Source: Natranaerofaba carboxydovora (GTDB taxonomy: Bacteria; Bacillota; Natranaerobiia; Natranaerobiales; Natranaerofabaceae). Taken from it: DNA of 32,000 bases. Of the stretch, positions 26,011 through 32,000 are shown piece by piece (the first letter of the stretch is position 1; each line of letters begins with the position of its first letter). A program made the translations under genes and the position numbers. The DNA is taken from positions 3,127,833-3,159,832 of the forward strand of contig NZ_CP054394.1 in the NCBI RefSeq assembly GCF_022539405.1. The letters are read 5' to 3'. The notes below the pieces were generated by a model. That model was not told where the DNA came from. It worked only from the letters and a program-made list of their open reading frames with translations, and searched no databases.

Positions 26011-27096
26011 ATGCTTGAAAGCAAAAGACAGGGTAAAAAAGAGAATGAATTCTTAGAAACCTTGGCTATGGTCGCACCAGGGACGCCACTTAGAGAAGGG
26101 ATCGAGGCCATTGTCAATGGAACAACAGGTGGATTATTAGTACTTGGCTATAGTGATCCTATAAAAAAACTTATTACTGGTGGTTTTAAGATTGATATTG
26201 AATTTTCTTCTTCTAGTCTTTATGAATTATCAAAGATGGACGGAGCTATAATTTTGAGTCATGATTCAAAAAGGATAATTTATGCTAACGCTCATTTAAA
26301 CCCATCCCAATCGATTATATCAAGAGAGACAGGGATGCGACACATTACAGCAGAACGGGTGGCAAAACAAACGGGCGAGAGAGTGCTCGCTATTTCTCAA
26401 AGACGAAATGTAATCACAATTTATCATAAAAATTTACGGTATCCATTAAATAACATCAGTATGATATTAACAAAGGCCAACCAGGCTGTTGAAACTCTTG
26501 AGAAGTATAAGGCTGTACTTGAGCAAAATTTGATCAACTTGACAGCCCTTGAATTTGAAGAAGCTGTTTCATTTCATGATGTTGTGAAGGCACTACAGCG
26601 CAGTGAAATGGTTATGAGAATAGTAAGCGAAATAGAAAGATATATAACAGAACTTGGTACGGAAGGTAGACTTGTAAAAATGCAGCTTGACGAGCTAATT
26701 GTAAATGTGGCTGATGAAGAGTATTTGCTAATAAAAGATTTTTACTATGATGAAAAGCAAGATTTAGAAAAGGTGAAAGAAAAAATATCAGCATTAAGTG
26801 CAGATGATTTAATGGATCCAGAAAAAATAAGTGAGATATTAGGATATCCAAGAAATATAAATGCTCTTGATAGAAGATTGTCTTCAAGAGGTTATAGAAT
26901 ACTTAATAAAATACCTAGACTGCCAATGTCTGTAATAGAAAATGTTGTAGGAACATATAAAGATCTAAAAGGGATAAGGGAAGCAACAGTTGAACAACTT
27001 GACAGAGTTGAAGGGATAGGAAAAGTAAGGGCTAATGCGATCAAAGATGGTATGAAGCGTATAAGAGAACAGGCATTAATAGATAGGTATATATAA
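26011..27096 (+). CDS. disA: DNA integrity scanning protein DisA (diadenylate cyclase)
   Basis: DAC domain motifs (DGAIIL, RHITAERV). C-terminal HhH domain (VEGIGKVRANAI). Directly after radA, as in Bacillus and Clostridia. Confidence 0.92.
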   Translation: MLESKRQGKKENEFLETLAMVAPGTPLREGIEAIVNGTTGGLLVLGYSDPIKKLITGGFKIDIEFSSSSLYELSKMDGAIILSHDSKRIIYANAHLNPSQSIISRETGMRHITAERVAKQTGERVLAISQRRNVITIYHKNLRYPLNNISMILTKANQAVETLEKYKAVLEQNLINLTALEFEEAVSFHDVVKALQRSEMVMRIVSEIERYITELGTEGRLVKMQLDELIVNVADEEYLLIKDFYYDEKQDLEKVKEKISALSADDLMDPEKISEILGYPRNINALDRRLSSRGYRILNKIPRLPMSVIENVVGTYKDLKGIREATVEQLDRVEGIGKVRANAIKDGMKRIREQALIDRYI

Positions 27097-27122
27097 ATAA
27101 CTAAAATAATTAAAATAACTAA

Positions 27123-27161
27123 AAAAGCTAAAACCCCAGTGAGAAAGGGATTTTAGCTTTT
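27123..27161. terminator. Bidirectional terminator between convergent disA and ORF138
   Basis: AAAGCTAAAACCC / GGG(A)TTTTAGCTTT stem with one bulge, A run before and T run after. Confidence 0.7.
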
Positions 27162-27174
27162 AACATGTGTATAA

Positions 27175-27591
27175 TTAAGTAAGATTGTAATATCCAAGCA
27201 AAGATAACTTGTTCATTTCTTCTTCTATAACCTCATTTAAGTCCAAATCTAATGTATTAGCTAGAGCAGCAAGATAAAAAAGGTGCGTTCCTATTTCGTT
27301 CACAACAACTTCCTTGCAATTTTCACAAATTTTTCCTGCCAAATGAGTATCCATAAAGTCTTGCAAGTCTTTGATGGATACCTCCCCGGGAAGGTCTTGT
27401 TTTTTGGCCTTTACCTCTAAACAGCCACAGGTTGTAATAGACTTTACTATTGCGCGGTTTACTTTGGAATTAGATTCCTGAAACTTTGTAAGATTATCTA
27501 AAATACTTTTATGCCTTATAAGTAATTCAGACACTTTTTGTTGAAAGTCATGGCAATTAGCATTTTCGCCCATGTCAAAACGCCTTTCCAT
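27175..27591 (-). CDS. Hypothetical Cys-containing protein with a MazG-like C-terminal helix pattern
   Basis: 138-codon ORF; an alternative start is the Met at 27573. CGC and CENC motifs. The C-terminal HLFYLAALANTLDLDLNEVIEEEMNKL resembles the last helix pair of MazG-type NTP pyrophosphohydrolases. The assignment is tentative. Confidence 0.4.
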   Translation of the reverse strand: MERRFDMGENANCHDFQQKVSELLIRHKSILDNLTKFQESNSKVNRAIVKSITTCGCLEVKAKKQDLPGEVSIKDLQDFMDTHLAGKICENCKEVVVNEIGTHLFYLAALANTLDLDLNEVIEEEMNKLSLLGYYNLT

Positions 27592-27677
27592 ATACCAGCA
27601 CCACTCTTTCCTATGTTATTTATCTTACTATAATTTACTACTATATAAAATTTTCAAAAAACTTCTTTTAATTAAGT

Positions 27678-27707
27678 ATTATAATGACAAAAACCCTGCT
27701 TTGTCAA
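27678..27707 (-). promoter_or_regulatory. Near-consensus sigma-A promoter for ORF138, nested in the upstream terminator
   Basis: Minus strand reads TTGACA (27707-27702), 18-nt spacer, TATAAT (27683-27678). The -35 lies in the loop of the terminator hairpin. Confidence 0.55.
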
Positions 27708-27719
27708 CGAAGAGCAGGG
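27688..27719 (-). terminator. Terminator of the Rossmann::MCP gene
   Basis: Minus strand reads CCCTGCT-12-nt loop-AGCAGGG followed by TTTTT. Confidence 0.65.
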
Positions 27720-27794
27720 AATTACAAAGATTGGTATTTAAATTTACTTAGAATATCTTTAATATTATTTTATTTATTAAAGATATTGACCTTT

Positions 27795-28652
27795 TTAACC
27801 AGAAGCTTTATCAGTCAAATCATTTGCAAGTTCAGTTAAAGTATCTGAAACGTTGACAATTTCCTGAACTGATGCAAGAACCTGCTCAGTTGCAGCAGCC
27901 TGGCTTTCAGATACATCTCCGGTTTCTTGAATGCCGTTATTCATAGTTTCTATGTAAGAAACAATTTGTGTTATTATGTCATTAATCTCCTGTATAGAAG
28001 TACTGCTGTTGTCAGCTAGCTTTTTTACTTCAGTAGCTACAACGCCAAATCCACGGCCAGCTTCCCCAACTCTTGCAGCTTCTATTGCAGCATTTAGACC
28101 GATAATTCTAGTTTGATTTGCAATTTTTTGTATTAATTCCAATATTTCATTACTTTTGCTTGCAGCTTCCTGGGCGTTTGTAGCAGTTTTACTTAAGTCC
28201 TGTCCCAGATTTGCAAGATTCTCTGCACCTGAAGCAACTTCTTGCATGGTAGAATTAATTTGCTGGATAGTGGCACTTAAAGTCTCAGCATTTTCTGCTA
28301 AAGTTTTAGCCTGTTTGTTAAGGTCTTCTATTAGTTTTTCCCTTTCTTCGACGACCATTACCAAAAGCTTTGCACCAGTTGCGTCCATAATGGCTACATT
28401 CTCGGGGCAATTATCATTTAAAAGCTGCTTTACTTTATCTACTCCTGTTACTTCAATTATTAGATCCATATTATCGGTTAGCATGGCTGTAAAGTCAGTA
28501 TTTGTGGGTACATCTAATTCCTTAGCGCGCTTTATCCCTTCGGCTTCCTCATCAATATCACATATCCATTTTATTGTAACATCCTCCATTGAATTAAACA
28601 GATCTAAGAGGGCTCTACCCCCGCGTCCTCCTCCAATTATGCCAATACGCAT
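27795..28652 (-). CDS. Soluble chimeric protein: N-terminal Rossmann-like (GxGxxG) domain fused to a short methyl-accepting chemotaxis protein (MCP) signalling domain
   Basis: N-terminus MRIGIIGGGRGGRALL, beta-alpha-beta with acidic DID at ~residue 32. Residues ~105-285 form a coiled-coil hairpin carrying the highly conserved MCP tip IANQTRIIGLNAAIEAARVGEAGRGFGVVATEVKKLA. No hydrophobic transmembrane segment or HAMP region seen. Strong RBS AAGGAGGA. Confidence 0.8.
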   Translation of the reverse strand: MRIGIIGGGRGGRALLDLFNSMEDVTIKWICDIDEEAEGIKRAKELDVPTNTDFTAMLTDNMDLIIEVTGVDKVKQLLNDNCPENVAIMDATGAKLLVMVVEEREKLIEDLNKQAKTLAENAETLSATIQQINSTMQEVASGAENLANLGQDLSKTATNAQEAASKSNEILELIQKIANQTRIIGLNAAIEAARVGEAGRGFGVVATEVKKLADNSSTSIQEINDIITQIVSYIETMNNGIQETGDVSESQAAATEQVLASVQEIVNVSDTLTELANDLTDKASG

Positions 28653-28954
28653 GAAAATCCTCCTTTAATATAAATACAGATTGTATGTACAAAGAGCTAA
28701 TACTATATATTATAAAATATTTTGTTTATGCTTTAGTTCTATAAGTTCTGGTTTTACTTTTACCTGCTTTTTTAATTTTATGGAAGTTATTCTGCAAAAA
28801 ATATAATAATCCTGCATTTAAATGCAAAATTATCTTATATTACTGATTTGAAAAAGATGTACTAAAAACTAATCAAATATTAAAATTTTTATGTAATGGC
28901 AAAACATATTAAAGTAATATAAAGTGAGCTGGTTTAAAAAATGTTTGAAAAAGA

Positions 28955-28983
28955 TTGACAATTAAAAAATAACATGATAATAT
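28955..28983 (+). promoter_or_regulatory. Candidate carD promoter P1
   Basis: TTGACA (28955-28960), 17-nt spacer, TAATAT (28978-28983). Confidence 0.45.
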
Positions 28984-28991
28984 AAAAAACT

Positions 28992-29020
28992 TTGACATAA
29001 ATATAGCGGTGTGTTAGTAT
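28992..29020 (+). promoter_or_regulatory. Candidate carD promoter P2 (extended -10)
   Basis: TTGACA (28992-28997), 17-nt spacer ending in TGT, TAGTAT (29015-29020). ~38 nt upstream of the carD ATG. Confidence 0.45.
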
Positions 29021-29058
29021 TATATTATATAATCGTATGAATTTTAGGGGGTTTTTCT

Positions 29059-29544
29059 ATGTTTGACATAGGAGACAAAGTGGTTTACCCGGTACATGGG
29101 GCAGGAACTATTGAAGCTATAGAAGAGCGAGAAGTCCTTGGTGAAAAGCATAAATATTATGTGATGCGGCTACCTTTAGGTGACTTGACTGTTCTGATAC
29201 CAACAGAAAATATAAAAGAAGTGGGCTTAAGAGAAGTAATAGATGAAAATGGAGTAAACAAAGTTTATAAGATCTTAGGAGATCACCAGATAGATAGTGA
29301 AATAAATTGGAACCAAAGATACAAGGTTAACATGGAGAAGATTAAAAGTGGTGACATATATGAAGTGGCTGCAGTTGTTAAGAACTTGATGTTTAGAGAA
29401 AAAGACAAAGGTTTATCCACTGGAGAGAAAAAAATGCTAGACACAGCAAAACAGATATTAATAAGCGAGTTAGTGTTGGCTGGAGAAGCAGATGAAACAG
29501 AGATATTATCTTTCATTGATAAATCCTTAGAAAAAACGTCATGA
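29059..29544 (+). CDS. carD: CarD/CdnL-family RNA polymerase-binding transcription factor
   Basis: N-terminal Tudor-like RID (FDIGDKVVYPVHGAGTIEAIEEREVLGEKHKYYVM) and a helical C-terminal domain. 161 aa. Position upstream of ispD/ispF is conserved in many Gram-positives. Confidence 0.9.
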   Translation: MFDIGDKVVYPVHGAGTIEAIEEREVLGEKHKYYVMRLPLGDLTVLIPTENIKEVGLREVIDENGVNKVYKILGDHQIDSEINWNQRYKVNMEKIKSGDIYEVAAVVKNLMFREKDKGLSTGEKKMLDTAKQILISELVLAGEADETEILSFIDKSLEKTS

Positions 29545-29562
29545 ATAATTGACGTTTTTTTT
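29531..29562 (+). terminator. Terminator overlapping the carD stop codon
   Basis: AAAAAACGTCA / TGACGTTTTTT stem. The stop codon TGA (29542-29544) lies in the 8-nt loop. T run follows. Confidence 0.7.
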
Positions 29563-29625
29563 GTAAATTATAACATCAAGAAACCTAATTTTAACAAAAA
29601 TGCTTATTTTAAGGTTTTGAAAAGC

Positions 29626-29655
29626 ATTGAAAAAATCAAAACAAATGGGCTATAA
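29626..29655 (+). promoter_or_regulatory. Candidate sigma-A promoter for yacL-ispD-ispF
   Basis: TTGAAA (29626-29631), 18-nt spacer, TATAAT (29650-29655). Confidence 0.5.
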
Positions 29656-29689
29656 TTAGGTATAGGCGCCTGAAAGGGGGTGAAAAGGC

Positions 29690-30820
29690 TTGCTTAGAAA
29701 GGCTACAAAAATTATATCCGTATTAATAGCTGTTGTTCTTGGTTTCCAAATATTTAGGATGATGGACAACTTGGATGTAATAAGAGAAATGCAGATAGGT
29801 CCAGCTGGTATGTTAGGTGTATCAATTGTTGGAGGGGCAGTTTGTGGACTAATATTTTATTTTTTATTTCCAGTGTTGATAAGGAACATAGTTCAACTAT
29901 CAAGCTGGCTTGAGAAAAAGATGAAAATAATACCTACCCAGGATATGATCATAGGATCTGGAGGATTTTTGGTTGGGTTAATTCTTGGAGTGCTTCTTAG
30001 TATCCCTATGTCAAGGATACCCTGGATAGGAGTTTATCTAGCTCTTGTAGTAACAATAGTTATGGGTTATTTAGGTGCTGTTGTATCTTATAACAGAAAG
30101 GATGATATTAATAACTTTCTTTCTGGAATGGGTAGTAGAGATAAATATGGGAGAAATGAAGATGACACATCACAATATTCACTGCCTGCAGTAAAAAGTA
30201 ATAGAAGCAGGGTGGTCAAGGTGCTTGACACTTCTGTGATAATAGACGGTAGAATTAGCGATGTGTGTAAAACAGGTTTTCTAGAAGGACCTTTGATTAT
30301 TCCAAGCTTTGTTTTAGAAGAGCTGCGGCATATAGCCGATTCATCTGACCTCCTAAAAAGGAACAGAGGCAGAAGAGGGCTTGATATCTTAAACAAAATA
30401 CAAAAGGAGCTAGATATAGAAGTAGAGATATATGAGGGAGATGTAGATGAAGCAGAAGTAGATAGCAAACTAGTTAAGCTAGCTAAAGAGCTAAAGGGGA
30501 AAGTTATTACAAATGACTACAACTTGAATAAGGTGGCGCAACTGCAAGGTGTGCCTGTATTAAACATCAACGAATTGGCAAATGCTGTAAAGCCAGTGGT
30601 TCTTCCAGGCGAAGAGATGGCAGTAAAAGTGATTAAAGATGGGAAAGAAGTAGACCAAGGAGTTGCTTATCTTGATGATGGAACAATGATAGTTGTTGAT
30701 GGCGGGAAAAGGCATATCGGTGAAAAATTAGAAGTTATGGTAACAAGTGTACTTCAAACAGCTGCAGGGAGAATGATTTTTGCCAAACCTAAGTATCAAC
30801 TTGATAAAAGTCATGCATAA
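29690..30820 (+). CDS. yacL: PIN/TRAM domain membrane protein (YacL family)
   Basis: Four predicted N-terminal transmembrane helices. PIN domain ([12 protein letters not shown]...LRHIADS...[10 protein letters not shown]). C-terminal TRAM-like beta domain. Conserved position before ispD. TTG start after RBS AAAGGGGGTG. Confidence 0.85.
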   Translation: MLRKATKIISVLIAVVLGFQIFRMMDNLDVIREMQIGPAGMLGVSIVGGAVCGLIFYFLFPVLIRNIVQLSSWLEKKMKIIPTQDMIIGSGGFLVGLILGVLLSIPMSRIPWIGVYLALVVTIVMGYLGAVVSYNRKDDINNFLSGMGSRDKYGRNEDDTSQYSLPAVKSNRSRVVKVLDTSVIIDGRISDVCKTGFLEGPLIIPSFVLEELRHIADSSDLLKRNRGRRGLDILNKIQKELDIEVEIYEGDVDEAEVDSKLVKLAKELKGKVITNDYNLNKVAQLQGVPVLNINELANAVKPVVLPGEEMAVKVIKDGKEVDQGVAYLDDGTMIVVDGGKRHIGEKLEVMVTSVLQTAAGRMIFAKPKYQLDKSHA

Positions 30821-30870
30821 AAGCTGTTAACTAAATATCAAAGCTATAATTTTTAGGGAGAGGTTTTATT

Positions 30871-31614
30871 ATGGACAAATTAAACTATAATGTATCATGT
30901 ATAATACCTGCAGCAGGTCAAGGAAAAAGAATGGGAACCAAAGTTAACAAACAGTATTTGAATCTTCTTGGAAAACCAGTACTAACGCATACTTGGCGGG
31001 CATTTACCCGCCTTTCTTTTATTAAAGAGATTATATTAGTGGTTAACAAAGACGAGAAGCCAGTCTGTTATGATGAAGTTATAAAACCGTATAATGACGA
31101 AATTAATAATAATAAAGATATTATTATTAAAGCTATTGAAGGAGGAAAAAGCAGACAACAATCCGTTTATAATGGGATCAAGGAAGCTTCCTCAGAATGT
31201 TCATATATTATGATTCATGATGGGGCAAGGCCTCTTGTGACTGCAGACTTAATCGAAAAAGTTATAGCTGAGGCATATATTCATTTTGCTGCTTTAGCGG
31301 CTGTACCGGTCAAAGATACGGTTAAAGTTAGCTATGAAAATGATACTGGAGTTTTTGTCAAAGAAACCCCTCCAAGGGAAACTTTGTGGTCAGCGCAAAC
31401 ACCGCAAGCTTTTGAAAAATCATTGATTGAAAAGGCACATGAAAAGGCCGTTAAAAAGGACTATACGGGGTTTGATGATTGTTCGCTGGTGGAAAGAATT
31501 GGGGTATCACCAAGAGTTGTTAAATCATCTTATGAAAATATAAAATTAACCACTATTGAGGATGTTGAATTGGCTGAAAAAATCTTAGAAAGGAGAGGGA
31601 GGTTTTGCGAATAG
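30871..31614 (+). CDS. ispD: 2-C-methyl-D-erythritol 4-phosphate cytidylyltransferase IspD
   Basis: N-terminal IIPAAGQGKRMG motif, HDGARP and QTPQAF motifs. Followed by an overlapping ispF. Confidence 0.92.
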   Translation: MDKLNYNVSCIIPAAGQGKRMGTKVNKQYLNLLGKPVLTHTWRAFTRLSFIKEIILVVNKDEKPVCYDEVIKPYNDEINNNKDIIIKAIEGGKSRQQSVYNGIKEASSECSYIMIHDGARPLVTADLIEKVIAEAYIHFAALAAVPVKDTVKVSYENDTGVFVKETPPRETLWSAQTPQAFEKSLIEKAHEKAVKKDYTGFDDCSLVERIGVSPRVVKSSYENIKLTTIEDVELAEKILERRGRFCE

Positions 31615-32000
31615 GAAGTGGTATAGATGTTCACGGCTTCTCCGAAGAGCCTCCATTAATACTTGGAGGCGTAAGGGTTGATGAAAGTAGAGGGTTAAAA
31701 GGACACTCAGATGCGGATGTATTAACACATGCTATGATGGACGCTATTTTGGGGGCTCTGTCACTTGGAGACATTGGAAAACATTTTCCTCCGGAAGATA
31801 TGAAATTTAAAGATGCCTATAGCTTGGATCTTTTAATACATTGCTATAACTTGGCTAAAAAGAAAGGATATGGTATTACAAATATTGACTGTACAATAAT
31901 GGCAGAAAAACCAAAACTAGCTCCCTATATTGATGATATACGGGGGTCTATATCAAAAGCTATTGATGAAGACATATCAAAAATTAGTGTAAAAGCAACT
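31605..32000 (+). CDS. ispF: 2-C-methyl-D-erythritol 2,4-cyclodiphosphate synthase IspF (3' end cut by window edge)
   Basis: Not in the ORF track. TTG 31605 follows RBS GAGGGAGG and overlaps the ispD stop by 10 nt. The translation LRIGSGIDVHGF...GHSDADVLTHAMMDAILGA...GDIGKHFP carries the IspF Zn/Mg-ligand motifs. The frame stays open to position 32000. Confidence 0.88.
   Translation, partial: MRIGSGIDVHGFSEEPPLILGGVRVDESRGLKGHSDADVLTHAMMDAILGALSLGDIGKHFPPEDMKFKDAYSLDLLIHCYNLAKKKGYGITNIDCTIMAEKPKLAPYIDDIRGSISKAIDEDISKISVKAT

Noticed and set aside
27096-27130. Short direct repeat AAATAACTAAAA x2 after disA
   Set aside because: It is AT-rich low-complexity sequence next to a terminator, too short and degenerate to mean anything on its own.
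28156-28668. 170-codon + strand ORF across the Rossmann::MCP gene
   Set aside because: It is entirely antisense to a gene with a strong RBS and a near-consensus MCP motif. The product is Ser/Ala/Leu-rich and low in complexity, with no RBS. It is a typical shadow ORF of a coiled-coil gene.

Overview
Low-GC Firmicutes/Clostridia-type chromosomal segment from an anaerobe. It carries a complete carbonyl-branch Wood-Ljungdahl cluster (acetogen-type) and an alpha/beta SASP gene (spore-former heritage). The taxon cannot be assigned from sequence alone. Gene order: mcsB (5' partial)-clpC | two uncharacterised genes (a DUF3343-like/CX3CX2C fusion and an AcsC-type Fe-S-domain protein) then cooC-acsA-acsB-acsC-acsD-acsE | ~0.5 kb ORF-free region | metV-metF | ylbF-like (-) | nrdJ | ~220-bp highly structured inverted repeat | MBL hydrolase (-) | Sir2 deacetylase | MTH1187-family (-) | mnmM(ytqB)-nfo | rtcB | SASP | radA-disA | Cys-containing MazG-like ORF (-) and a Rossmann::MCP-signalling fusion (-) | carD | yacL(PIN/TRAM)-ispD-ispF (3' partial). 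I saw no rRNA, tRNA, CRISPR array, transposase or integrase. Most worth a second look: (1) the translationally coupled gene pair heading the acs cluster, one member of which duplicates the Cys4 Fe-S domain of AcsC; (2) the large structured inverted repeat between nrdJ and the MBL gene, a candidate ncRNA or MITE; (3) a soluble chimeric MCP-signalling protein with an N-terminal dinucleotide-binding-like domain; (4) the ~21 kb metabolic block that splits the normally contiguous clpC-radA-disA-yacL-ispDF arrangement. All functional calls rest on motif recognition by eye; no database search was run.
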